64,000 nt of DNA from Steroidobacteraceae bacterium. Its GTDB lineage: Bacteria > Pseudomonadota > Gammaproteobacteria > Steroidobacterales > Steroidobacteraceae. Shown here one piece after another: positions 1-8,587 of this stretch (position 1 is the stretch's first letter; each line of letters begins with the position of its first letter). The stretch covers positions 3,818 through 67,817 of the forward strand of contig JBEKYO010000005.1 in assembly GCA_049510875.1 (NCBI GenBank). Direction: 5' to 3'. The notes below the pieces were generated by a model. That model was not told where the DNA came from, searched no databases, and was given only the letters and a program-made list of their open reading frames with translations. The position numbers were made by a program, and so were the translations under genes.

Positions 1-1532
1 CACAGTTCGACGGTAGCGCCGTTGATCTTGTCCATCCGGTTGAAGCTGCCGAAGGTCATGCGGCCGGCTGCGATGGCCGGCAGCGGACCCGCCTGTGGCG
101 CGCCCGGATGCGGCTGGAATGTCCAGCGATCCGGCAGATAGGCGAGCTTCTCGGTGAACACATCGGCGAACCGGGCGGCCGGCAGCCAGTGCCGGTCCGC
201 CACGTAGTAGTCCATCGCACGCAGCCCGGTGGTGCCCGGGTAGCCGATCCAGCTCGCCTGGACGGGCGCCGGCTTGCGCGCGAACGCGGCCAGCCGATTG
301 AACGCCGTATGGCCCGAGAGATCGATCAGGACATCGATGCCGTCCGCCATGATCCGGTGCGCCACCTCATCATCGGACAGCCCCTCGACGGCGCGCCACT
401 TGGGCACGAGCGTGCGCAGTCGCCGGGTCGCCGGGTCGTCGGCCGAATGGTTGGAATAGGCATGCAATTGCAAATCGGCGCGGCTCCGCAGGCTTGCGAA
501 GATCGGTTCGATGAACAGCGCGACCGGATGATCGCGGTAATCGCCCGACACGAATCCGACCTTGAGGATCCGCTCCGGATCCCGATGATTCGCATGCTGC
601 GGCCAGCATCGGCAATCTTCAAAACTCGCGGCGAAGCGGCGGTGCTCCGCATACAGCGAATCGGCATCCACCGCGGGGTCGTGGCTCATGATGAACAGCA
701 GGTTCGAATGATTCTGCGCGTCGTCGCCATCCGTGTAGCCGGCTTTGAGGGCAATGCCCCGGCGCAGGCAGACCTCGGCCTCGGGCAGCCGCGCTTGCAG
801 CGAGTACGTCATGCCGAGCCGGTAATGCGCGGCCGCGAACTTGGGATCGAGGTCGATCGCCTTGCGCAAGCACGCCTCGGCTTCCTCGAAACGATCCGAC
901 TTGGCGAGCGTCAATCCGAGATTGCAGTGCGCTTCGGCATCCTGCGGCAGGAGGCGAACGGAGGTTTGCATGGCGGCCAGGGCCTGCTCGGGGTGGCCCT
1001 GGGTCCACAGCAGGGCGCCAAGCACCTTCCAGGCAATGCCGCGTCCGGGAAAGGCAGCGACCAGGCCGCTCGCCAGTTGGAGCGCCGTGCCCGAATCGCC
1101 GCGCGCCAGCGCGGCGAGCAGCGCGCGCTCCTCGGCGTCCGCGCAGGCGCCGGCGAGCCGCCGCGCGAAGTCTTTGGCCGCCCGGCCCGTCAGGCCATGT
1201 TGGCGTGCGAGCTCGAGCGCGCCGCGCGCCGCATCGATCTGCCCGCTCGACAGCAACGCCTCCAGGTAGCCCAGCCAGTAGTCGGGCACCCGCGGATCCT
1301 CCTCGAGCGCGACCAAGAGAAAGGACAGGCCTTCACCCGGGCGCCGCAATTGCACCTGCAGCATGCCGAGGCAATAGTTCGCCGCGGCGTGCCTGGGCTC
1401 GGATTGCAAAATCGCACGGTATAGCTGTTCGGCCCGGTCCAGCCGGCCGGCGAGCTGCATCCGCATGGCGGTGCCGCAGGCCTCGTCCAGGGGCGACGTG
1501 CGAACGTCGCTGTCTGCAAATGAATGCGCCAT
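1..1532 (-). CDS. TPR-repeat / SPINDLY(OGT, GT41-like) glycosyltransferase, partial (3' end runs off the left edge)
   Basis: Hand translation of the minus strand from ATG at 1532 gives MAHSFADSDVRTSPLDEACGTAMRMQLAGRLDRAEQLYRAILQSEPRHAAANYCLGMLQVQL..., with several TPR-like units. It continues KVGFVSGDYRDHPVALFIEPIF...IDVLIDLSGHTAFNRLAAFARKPAPVQASWIGYPGTTGLRAMDYYVADRHWLP, which resembles the SPY/OGT catalytic domain as I remember it. The frame stays open to base 1, which is why the ORF track omits it. Confidence 0.75.
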   Translation of the reverse strand, partial: MAHSFADSDVRTSPLDEACGTAMRMQLAGRLDRAEQLYRAILQSEPRHAAANYCLGMLQVQLRRPGEGLSFLLVALEEDPRVPDYWLGYLEALLSSGQIDAARGALELARQHGLTGRAAKDFARRLAGACADAEERALLAALARGDSGTALQLASGLVAAFPGRGIAWKVLGALLWTQGHPEQALAAMQTSVRLLPQDAEAHCNLGLTLAKSDRFEEAEACLRKAIDLDPKFAAAHYRLGMTYSLQARLPEAEVCLRRGIALKAGYTDGDDAQNHSNLLFIMSHDPAVDADSLYAEHRRFAASFEDCRCWPQHANHRDPERILKVGFVSGDYRDHPVALFIEPIFASLRSRADLQLHAYSNHSADDPATRRLRTLVPKWRAVEGLSDDEVAHRIMADGIDVLIDLSGHTAFNRLAAFARKPAPVQASWIGYPGTTGLRAMDYYVADRHWLPAARFADVFTEKLAYLPDRWTFQPHPGAPQAGPLPAIAAGRMTFGSFNRMDKINGATVEL

Positions 1533-1747
1533 GCGAGGTTTTTGCATGAACCATGCCACCCGGGGCCGTAAATCCGCGCCCAGGAGCCTGTCTGAGCAAT
1601 CTGCGTGGTCGCGGCTCATGAAGATTATTCAGACAGGCTCCTAGCGGCCGATACCTCAGGAGCGGGCCGCGACGCTGCGCGCAAGCGCCGTCGCTCAAAT
1701 CTGTGACGCAAGGCGCAGACGATGCAGGCGGGCCCTGAATGTTTCGC

Positions 1748-1774
1748 TAAAGAACCCAGCCGTTGTTCCGATAA
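1748..1774 (+). promoter_or_regulatory. sigma-28 (FliA) type promoter upstream of fliC
   Basis: TAAA (1748-1751), 15 nt, then TCCGATAA (1767-1774). The consensus is TAAA-N15-GCCGATAA. It lies about 110 nt upstream of the fliC ATG. Confidence 0.6.
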
Positions 1775-1883
1775 ACCTTCTGCGTGTGTCACCGGTCCGC
1801 CCGCTCGGCGGGTGAAGAGGACACAACGACATGAGGGCCTAATGACGGGCCGGTGAACTTAACTTTATTAGGAGCTCCTGAAC

Positions 1884-3344
1884 ATGGCATTAACTTTAAA
1901 CACGAACATCGACTCGCTTACGGCACAGAACAATCTGAACGGCTCGCAGGCCTTGTTGTCGCAATCCCTGACGCGTTTGTCGTCGGGCCTGCGCATCAAC
2001 AGCGCCGCGGACGACGCCGCGGGTCTTGCGATCAGCCAGCAGTTCACCACACAGGTGAACGGCACGAACCAAGCGATCAACAACGCGAACGACGCCGTCT
2101 CCGAGGCGCAAACCGCCGGCGGCGCGTTGAGCACCATCGTCAACAATCTGCAGAGCATTCGTACGCTCGCCGTCGAAGCGGCCAACGGATCGAACAGCTC
2201 GTCGGATCGCCAGGCACTCAATGCCCAGGTCCAGCAGCAGATCGCGGAAATCACTCAGATCGCCGCACAGACGAACTTCAACGGCGCCAGCGTGCTGAAC
2301 GGCAGCAGCGGCACCACGACGTTCCAGGTGGGTGCGAACGTCGGCGACACCATCTCGATCGACCTCGCGCAGGGCGTGCAGGCCAACCAGATCGGCCAGG
2401 TTGCTTCGCAGGCGGGAACGGCCACCAGCGCGGCATTGACCGGCGGTTTGACCATCGCGGTCGGCACGGCAGCGGCCGTTTCGGTCGGCGCCAGCGCCAA
2501 CTATGCGACCTCCAACACCTGGCAGAATGCTGCCTCGGCGTATGCGAAGGCCGCCACCATCAACGCGGCGGATATCTCGGGCTTGACCGCCACCGCGTCG
2601 ACCACCGCCACGGAAGGGACGGCGTTCTCCACGGTCAGCGCCGGCTCGGCGGCGGGCACGTACGATTTGTCCATCAACGGCGTCAACATTTACTCGGGAA
2701 CGAACGACGTTTCCGCGAGCTCGACGTTGACGGCTTCGGATGTGGTCAACCAGATCAACCTGTATTCATCGCAGGACGGCAACGTGACGGCGTCGGTCTC
2801 GAGCAGCGGCGAAATCTCGCTCACTGCGTCGGACGGCAGCAACATCGCCGTTACCCAGGCCTCCACCGGCCTTACGGGTACTGGGCTTGCTTCGAACATC
2901 GCGAGCTCGGGCGGAACGACGAACTACGGCTCGGTCACGCTGTCTGCCAATAGCAACATTCAGATCGGCGGCACCGCGGCGGACATCACGGCCATTGGTC
3001 AGAACCCGGGCAACATCACGCTGGGTGCAAACACGTTGGCCAACGCGAACGTGCTGACGGTCAGCGGCGCTAACAAGACCATTGCGGCGGTCGACTCCGC
3101 CTTGGCGACGGTCAGCGCCTTCCAGAGTCAGTTGGGCGCCATTCAGAACCGCTTTACCGCGGCGGTGAGCAACTTGACGTCAACGGCCCAGAACCTCACG
3201 GAGTCCCGCAGCACCATCGAGGATGCGAACTTCGCCCAGGAAACGGCCAACTTGACCCAGGCCCAGGTGTTGGAACAGGCCGGTATCTCGGTGTTGGCGC
3301 AGGCCAATCAGGAACCGCAATTGATTCTCAAGCTTTTGTCGTAA
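1884..3344 (+). CDS. fliC: flagellin
   Basis: 486 aa. The conserved N-terminus is MALTLNTNIDSLTAQNNLNGSQALLSQSLTRLSSGLRINSAADDAAGLAISQ. The conserved C-terminus is LGAIQNRFTAAVSNLTSTAQNLTESRSTIEDANFAQETANLTQAQVLEQAGISVLAQANQ. AGGAG lies 8 nt upstream of the ATG. Confidence 0.95.
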   Translation: MALTLNTNIDSLTAQNNLNGSQALLSQSLTRLSSGLRINSAADDAAGLAISQQFTTQVNGTNQAINNANDAVSEAQTAGGALSTIVNNLQSIRTLAVEAANGSNSSSDRQALNAQVQQQIAEITQIAAQTNFNGASVLNGSSGTTTFQVGANVGDTISIDLAQGVQANQIGQVASQAGTATSAALTGGLTIAVGTAAAVSVGASANYATSNTWQNAASAYAKAATINAADISGLTATASTTATEGTAFSTVSAGSAAGTYDLSINGVNIYSGTNDVSASSTLTASDVVNQINLYSSQDGNVTASVSSSGEISLTASDGSNIAVTQASTGLTGTGLASNIASSGGTTNYGSVTLSANSNIQIGGTAADITAIGQNPGNITLGANTLANANVLTVSGANKTIAAVDSALATVSAFQSQLGAIQNRFTAAVSNLTSTAQNLTESRSTIEDANFAQETANLTQAQVLEQAGISVLAQANQEPQLILKLLS

Positions 3345-3378
3345 CAGCCGAAACACTTCATTAGAAGTGATTGAGACG

Positions 3379-3412
3379 CAAGGTTCGGGCGACGGCGCCC
3401 GAACCTTGTCTT
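3379..3412 (+). terminator. terminator-like hairpin after fliC
   Basis: A perfect 13-bp GC-rich stem, CAAGGTTCGGGCG (3379-3391) / CGCCCGAACCTTG (3396-3408), has a 4-nt loop and is followed by TCTT. The U-tract is short, so its efficiency is uncertain. Confidence 0.6.
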
Positions 3413-3475
3413 ACGTGCGCAGATCAGCGATATAGGAATTTCGAGCAGCCCTACAGCTTAACGGAAGGTATTCAC

Positions 3476-3901
3476 ATGGCTAGCGACGGAAACACGGGAC
3501 AGATCCCGGTTGCGAGTCCAGTGCAGGGAAGTCAGGCAGCAAGTACCAAGATTCAATCAGGCAGCGGCAACTCTTTGCCGCCGAGCGGCAGACCGGCGTC
3601 ATCCCCGGCGGCCGCCTCCGGGGCAGGCGCCCGCGCCGACGAGGCCTCGGCATCCACGGTCGCCAAGGCGACCGTGCAAGGCAGCGCGGATACGCAATCC
3701 CTGGTCAACCAGCTGAACAAATATCTCAACGATTCGGGGCGACCGGATCAATTTCGCGTGGATCCCGCCTCGGGCGGCAAGCTCATTCAGCAGGTCAACC
3801 CGGAGTCCGGCGCGGTCGTCGGCGAGTTTTCGGCCACCGAGTTTCCGGCCCTGGCGCGCAGCGTGGGGGTCTCGGGACTGCTGATCGACAGCCGCGCCTA
3901 A
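3476..3901 (+). CDS. flaG: FlaG-family flagellar protein
   Basis: It sits between fliC and fliD. The C-terminal part QLNKYLNDSGRPDQFRVDPASGGKLIQQVNPESGAVVGEFSATEFPALARSV fits the FlaG family. I moved the start to ATG 3476 because the longer track ORF (3371) would include the fliC terminator hairpin. Confidence 0.75.
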   Translation: MASDGNTGQIPVASPVQGSQAASTKIQSGSGNSLPPSGRPASSPAAASGAGARADEASASTVAKATVQGSADTQSLVNQLNKYLNDSGRPDQFRVDPASGGKLIQQVNPESGAVVGEFSATEFPALARSVGVSGLLIDSRA

Positions 3902-3917
3902 ACGCCGTTCCGCGGCC

Positions 3918-3933
3918 TGGTATGGCTCTTGCT
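3918..3933 (+). promoter_or_regulatory. sigma-54 type promoter upstream of fliD
   Basis: TGGTAT-GGCTC-TTGCT matches TGGYAY-N5-TTGCW with correct spacing, 58 nt upstream of the fliD ATG. Confidence 0.55.
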
Positions 3934-3959
3934 TAAGTCTCGGTGCGATATGCCGATAA
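3934..3959 (+). promoter_or_regulatory. possible sigma-28 promoter overlapping the fliD sigma-54 promoter
   Basis: There is a perfect -10 GCCGATAA (3952-3959). The -35-like TAAG (3934-3937) is 14 nt upstream, whereas the consensus spacing is 15. Confidence 0.4.
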
Positions 3960-3990
3960 CTTTGGTATCTGAAACGGGACACGGTGTCAT

Positions 3991-5520
3991 ATGAGTTCAA
4001 GCATCTCCGGCGCGTCAACGGCGACGGGCACGACGTCCACGGCGACCGCATCGAGCGCCTCCTCGGCCGCCAATGCGCTCATCACCTCGCAGGGCATCGG
4101 CTCCGGCCTCAACATCGGTGCCATCGTCTCCTCCCTGACCAGCGCGTTCGGCGCCGGACCGCAGGATCAGATCACCACCCAGGAGACGTCGCTGGATGCC
4201 CAAGTCTCGGCGTTCGGCACATTCACGAGCTCGCTCGACGCGCTTCAGGCCACCTTGGGCGTGCTGGAGAGTCCGAGCCAGCTGGCCAGCTTCGCGGCCA
4301 CCGTCGGCGACACCAGCATCGCCTCGGCCACGGCGACCACGGGCGCGGTAGCGGGCACCTATTCGCTGGCAGTGCAGAACCTCGCCACCGCGGCCACCCT
4401 CACCTCGCAACCCGTGGCAACCTCGGGCACGGTCATCGGCACCGGCACCCTGACCATCTCGGTCGGCGGGACGTCCGCCGCGATCACCATCGATTCGACC
4501 AACAATACCCTCGCGGGCATTGCCGATGCCATCAACTCGGCGTCCGACAATCCCGGCGTGAGCGCCAGCATCATTACCGCCACCGACGGGGCGCAGCTGG
4601 TGCTCACCGGCACCACGACCGGCGCGGACAACTCGATCACGGTCACCCAGGCGGGCGGCGACGGCGGCCTTGCCTCGCTGGTCTACGACCCGGCCAACGC
4701 CGACAGCACCCTGACCCTGTCCCAGCCGGCGCTGGACGCGAATTTCACCGTCAATGGTTACCCCGCGACCAGCGCGAGCAACGTTGCCACCGGCGCCATT
4801 TCCGGTGTAACCCTGGATCTGCTGCAAGCTTCGGCCGAGATCACGCCGGCCACCACGCCGCCCACCTACACTCCGACGACCCTGAGCATCAGTCCGGACA
4901 CGACGACGGCGCAAACCGCGGTCAATGCCTTCGTCACCGCGCTGAACGGTACGCTCTCCAGCATTCAGACCTTGACGGCCTACAATGCGACGACGCAGAC
5001 GGCCGGCGCATTGCAGGGCAACGCCACCCTGCAATCCTTTCAGAACCAATTGTCGAACATCCTCGACACCGTGCGCAGCAGCGGCACCGGCATCAATTCG
5101 CTCGCCGACCTCGGCATCACGGCCGATGCCACCACCGGCGTCTACGACACCACTGCCAGCACGCTCACCAACGCGCTCAGTTCGAGTTTGAGCGGCGTGG
5201 GGAGCCTGCTCGGCGGCCCCAACGGCATCGCGACCCAGGTCGACAACCTGGTCACCCAGTACACGCAGGCCGGCGGAATTTTGGCCACCATCAATTCGGG
5301 CCTGCAAACCGGCCTGACCAACTTGAATACTCAGCAGACGCAGCTGAATGCCGAACTGGCGACCTATTCGGCCACGCTCACCACGCAATACAACGCGATG
5401 GATGCCGCGGTTGCGTCGCTGAAGGAAACCCAGACATATCTTACGGCCGAATTCGACCCGAGCTCGAGTTCGAGCAGCTCGTCGAGCAGCAACCTGAGCA
5501 GCGGCAACACGAGCACCTAG
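3991..5520 (+). CDS. fliD: flagellar filament cap protein (HAP2)
   Basis: 509 aa. The N-terminus ITSQGIGSGLNIGAIVSSLTSAFGAGPQDQITTQETSLDAQVSAFGTFTSSLDALQATL and the C-terminus TQYNAMDAAVASLKETQTYLTAEF are typical FliD segments. Confidence 0.9.
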   Translation: MSSSISGASTATGTTSTATASSASSAANALITSQGIGSGLNIGAIVSSLTSAFGAGPQDQITTQETSLDAQVSAFGTFTSSLDALQATLGVLESPSQLASFAATVGDTSIASATATTGAVAGTYSLAVQNLATAATLTSQPVATSGTVIGTGTLTISVGGTSAAITIDSTNNTLAGIADAINSASDNPGVSASIITATDGAQLVLTGTTTGADNSITVTQAGGDGGLASLVYDPANADSTLTLSQPALDANFTVNGYPATSASNVATGAISGVTLDLLQASAEITPATTPPTYTPTTLSISPDTTTAQTAVNAFVTALNGTLSSIQTLTAYNATTQTAGALQGNATLQSFQNQLSNILDTVRSSGTGINSLADLGITADATTGVYDTTASTLTNALSSSLSGVGSLLGGPNGIATQVDNLVTQYTQAGGILATINSGLQTGLTNLNTQQTQLNAELATYSATLTTQYNAMDAAVASLKETQTYLTAEFDPSSSSSSSSSSNLSSGNTST

Positions 5521-5550
5521 AGCACCCCGAGCACCTCGAGCAAGCACATC

Positions 5551-5964
5551 ATGATGTATTCCAGAAACAAGGCCTCGCAGTACCACGCGATCCGCAGCCA
5601 CGGACAGGTCGCCGATGCGAGCCCGACGCGGCTCGTTCAGATTATGTTCGAACATATCCTGTCGAATCTGGCCACCGCTCAAGGGTGCATGGGCCGGATC
5701 AACAACAACCTTCCCTGGAACGAGGTCGTCGTCAAGTGCAAGGCGATGGGCAAGGCGGTGCGGCTGATCGGTCAGCTCGATGCCACCCTCAACATGGAGA
5801 AGGGCGGGAAGATCGCGGAGAATCTGCATAATCTGTATCTGTACATGCTCGGCCGGCTGACCACGGCCAACGCCACCAACGATGTGCAAATCGTGCTCGA
5901 GGTGTCGAACCTGGTGCGCAAGATCAAGAGCGGCTGGGATGGAATCGTCAAGGACGAGCGATGA
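5551..5964 (+). CDS. fliS: flagellin export chaperone FliS
   Basis: 137 aa. The sequence YHAIRSHGQVADASPTRLVQIMFEHILSNLATAQ...KAVRLIGQLDATLNMEKGGKIAENLHNLYLYMLGRL is the FliS fold signature. It lies immediately after fliD. Confidence 0.9.
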   Translation: MMYSRNKASQYHAIRSHGQVADASPTRLVQIMFEHILSNLATAQGCMGRINNNLPWNEVVVKCKAMGKAVRLIGQLDATLNMEKGGKIAENLHNLYLYMLGRLTTANATNDVQIVLEVSNLVRKIKSGWDGIVKDER

Positions 5965-6278
5965 GCGGTGCAACCGCCGCCCTGCTCGAGGAGGCGCTGC
6001 AGCTGTCGCGTCAGCTGCTCGCGGCGGCGGAGCGCGGCGACGGACAGGCGGTCGCATTGCTCGACGCACAGCGGCTGCAACTGTTAAAGTCGGCGCGCAA
6101 CGGCGCCGGCGCGCCGGATGCGCACGAACGGTTGCTGCTGCAGGAAATCGCGCTATTGAACGACAAATCGATCGGCTCGTTGGAACATCATCGTCGCATC
6201 AAGGGACGCCAGCTGGACGTGGCGATCGCCGGACGCCGGGCGGTGCACGCCTACGCACACGCCGGGCAGATGCGCTGA
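5961..6278 (+). CDS. fliT: FliT-like flagellar chaperone (tentative)
   Basis: It is a 105-aa helical protein whose ATG overlaps the fliS stop. Its position and size fit FliT of Pseudomonas-type clusters. Sequence similarity was judged only by eye. Confidence 0.5.
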   Translation: MSGATAALLEEALQLSRQLLAAAERGDGQAVALLDAQRLQLLKSARNGAGAPDAHERLLLQEIALLNDKSIGSLEHHRRIKGRQLDVAIAGRRAVHAYAHAGQMR

Positions 6279-6308
6279 GCGGAAATTCCACCTGCAACGC
6301 GGGGTGCC

Positions 6309-6875
6309 ATGCCTGAGTCAGTTCTCGGTGATGGTCTGATATTCGAGGACGCGCTGCCGTTCGCCTGGGAGCCCGGCCTCGCGGAGGGCGAGTCGAACCT
6401 CGCGCGTTTGAACGCCGATAATCATCAATTGCTTACCGCCGACTCCACTCTGGACGAGGTGCGGGTGCCTGATGCGTTGAAAGACGAGTCCGCGGCGCTG
6501 GTGCACGAACTGCAGCGCTTGGACTATAAGTTAAATATCCTGCTGCGCCTCGCCGCCGATCTGGCCATGCGCCGGCACGGCCTGCCGGAGGCCCGCACGG
6601 TCAGGTTTTCATCGAGCGGTTTCGAATGGATGGGCGAGGACGCCCCCGAGACCGGCAGTACAGGTGTACTGATGCTGTATGTGAACCCCTCGCTGCCCCA
6701 ACCCCTGAAGCTCCCCGCCATCGTGGTCGGCACTTCTCATAACGATATGCGCACGGCGCGGCTCCAGTTCACAGGTCTGAGCGAGTCGGTTGTGGAGCTC
6801 ATCGAGAAAATGATTTTCCGCCACCACCGGCGCCGCGTCGCGGGTGCCAGGCTCTCGCCCAACCGTCGCGGCTAG
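6309..6875 (+). CDS. PilZ-like (possible c-di-GMP receptor) protein of the flagellar cluster, tentative
   Basis: 188 aa, between fliT and fleQ, where Xanthomonas-type clusters carry a PilZ-family gene. The stretch MRRHGLPEARTVRFSSSGFEW loosely resembles the RxxxR ... (D/N)xSxxG PilZ motifs but is degenerate. Confidence 0.35.
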   Translation: MPESVLGDGLIFEDALPFAWEPGLAEGESNLARLNADNHQLLTADSTLDEVRVPDALKDESAALVHELQRLDYKLNILLRLAADLAMRRHGLPEARTVRFSSSGFEWMGEDAPETGSTGVLMLYVNPSLPQPLKLPAIVVGTSHNDMRTARLQFTGLSESVVELIEKMIFRHHRRRVAGARLSPNRRG

Positions 6876-7082
6876 GGGAAAACACCATGGCCTCCAATGG
6901 GGGAAGGCCTTACACGTGTTGCGGGTATTTACCATCTGCTGGAGGCTCGAGCTCTTAAGTTAGTATGCGTTCCCGACCAGACATTGATTGAACAATGTCA
7001 ATGAGTTAGACGCAATGCTTAAGACGGAGCTAGAGATATGTGCGCTCCGTCACACTTTTTGACCGGGAAGGAGCCCCACATA

Positions 7083-8537
7083 GTGGTTGACGCGAAAGTT
7101 ATTGTGATGGACCCGTCGGATTCGCAGGCGCGAACCCTGGTCACGGTCCTGAAATTCTTGGATCTCGATCCGGTCCATGTGCACGATTTGGCGGAACTGC
7201 GCGAGTATCAACGCAGCTCGGCGCATGATTGGCTCGCCGTCATCGTCGCGCAGGATGCCGTCGCGGCCGAGGGCAATGAACTCGTGCTGCACCTGCGCTC
7301 GATCGCCCAGCCGCTGCCCGTCATTTATCTCTCCTCCGACGGCCTGCCGAAAATCGCCGAGAGCAGCGGCGATCTGGCGTGGTTTCATCTCGAATTGCCG
7401 GTCAAACAGCGGCGCTTGTCGGCGGTGCTGGGCCAGGCGCAGAACGTGCGCAACGGGCATCCGACGCAACCGGGAACGCACCGATTCCGGCCGAGCGGCA
7501 CCTCGCGCGCGATGCGCGCGGTGCATCGGCTCATCGAGCAGGTCGCGCCGTTCGATACCAGCGTGCTCATCCTCGGGGAGTCGGGCACCGGCAAGGAGAT
7601 GGTTGCGCGCCACATTCACGAGTTGTCGGGACGCGCAGGGCATCCCTTCGTGCCCGTCAATTGCGGCGCCATCCCGGCGGATCTGCTCGAAAGCGAATTG
7701 TTCGGCCACGAAAAAGGCGCGTTCACGGGGGCTTTGTCGACCCGGCTCGGACGCTTCGAATTTGCCGAAGGCGGGACCTTGTTCCTGGATGAGATCGGCG
7801 ACATGTCGCTGCAAATGCAGGTGAAGCTGCTGCGCGTCCTGCAGGAGCGCAGCTTCGAGCGCGTGGGCAGCAACCGCACGATACGCTGCGACGTGCGCAT
7901 CATCGCGGCCACGCACCGCGACCTCGATGAAGCGATCAGCGCCGGGCGCTTTCGCGAGGATTTGTTCTACCGGTTGAACGTGTTTCCCATCCAGATGCCG
8001 CCGCTGCGCGAGCGGCTCGAGGATCTACAGGTGTTGATCGAACACCTGGTACAGCGCCAGGGGCAGATCTCCGGCCGGCACATCCGGCTCGATAAGGAGG
8101 CGATCGGCTGCCTGGCACGCTATCGCTGGCCCGGCAACGTGCGCGAGCTGTCGAATCTGCTCGAGCGGTTGGCGATTCTGTTTCCCGAGCACAAGATCGC
8201 ATCCGCCGATCTGCCCGAGCGGTACCGCAGCGCCGGCCCCGCGGGCTGGTCGGATGGCGGCGTGCTCATGGTTGCGCAGGCGGAAGCCGTCCCCGATGCC
8301 GAGCCCTGCGCCACGGCGCATGCCACCGAGGACTTCGACGAGTTGCTCGACGACGCGGAGACCACCTTGCCGCGCGGCGGGATCGATCTCAAGGATCATT
8401 TGTCCGCCATCGAAATCGGCCTGATCCGCAAGGCGCTCGAGGAAGCCGACGGTACCGTCGCCGGCGCCGCGCGGCTGCTCAACATTCGCCGCACGACCCT
8501 GGTCGAGAAGCTGCGCAAATACCGTCTCTCGGCCTGA
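7083..8537 (+). CDS. fleQ: sigma-54-dependent flagellar master regulator FleQ
   Basis: It has an AAA+ sigma-54 activator core with GESGTGKE (Walker A) and GAFTGA, plus a C-terminal Fis-type HTH ([19 protein letters not shown]). The N-terminal FleQ-type receiver-like domain reads [27 protein letters not shown] favour the GTG start at 7083 because AAGGAG lies 9 nt upstream and the resulting length of 484 aa is FleQ-like. The track ORF starts at ATG 7038. Confidence 0.85.
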   Translation: MVDAKVIVMDPSDSQARTLVTVLKFLDLDPVHVHDLAELREYQRSSAHDWLAVIVAQDAVAAEGNELVLHLRSIAQPLPVIYLSSDGLPKIAESSGDLAWFHLELPVKQRRLSAVLGQAQNVRNGHPTQPGTHRFRPSGTSRAMRAVHRLIEQVAPFDTSVLILGESGTGKEMVARHIHELSGRAGHPFVPVNCGAIPADLLESELFGHEKGAFTGALSTRLGRFEFAEGGTLFLDEIGDMSLQMQVKLLRVLQERSFERVGSNRTIRCDVRIIAATHRDLDEAISAGRFREDLFYRLNVFPIQMPPLRERLEDLQVLIEHLVQRQGQISGRHIRLDKEAIGCLARYRWPGNVRELSNLLERLAILFPEHKIASADLPERYRSAGPAGWSDGGVLMVAQAEAVPDAEPCATAHATEDFDELLDDAETTLPRGGIDLKDHLSAIEIGLIRKALEEADGTVAGAARLLNIRRTTLVEKLRKYRLSA

Positions 8538-8587
8538 CGGTTTATTGACGCTCCGGCGATTGCCGGCAGCGGGTTTCGCGTAACTGG

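Noticed and set aside
108-1424. 438-aa plus-strand ORF at the left edge
   Set aside because: It is the antisense shadow of the TPR/OGT gene. Its translation is Arg/Gly/Ala/His-rich with no motif. The minus-strand frame gives clean TPR and SPY-domain sequence and stays open to the window edge.
3371-3475. N-terminal extension of flaG (track ORF starting at 3371)
   Set aside because: The extension would translate through the fliC terminator hairpin (3379-3408). ATG 3476 gives a normal-sized FlaG.
4015-6069. 684-aa minus-strand ORF spanning fliD-fliS-fliT
   Set aside because: It is a typical high-GC antisense ORF with Arg/Gly/Ala-rich translation and no domain signature. The plus strand encodes three recognisable flagellar proteins.
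6990-7012. Vfr/CRP or FleQ operator upstream of fleQ (CATTGATTGAACAATGTCAATG)
   Set aside because: It is a real imperfect palindrome. However, it matches neither TGTGA-N6-TCACA nor the FleQ box, so I cannot assign a binding protein from sequence alone.
8538-8587. Sigma-54 promoter for fleS (CGGCAG-CGGGT-TTCGC)
   Set aside because: GG and GC elements are present, but the spacing is one nucleotide off the strict sigma-54 geometry and the -12 region reads TTCG rather than TTGC. This is too weak to call.
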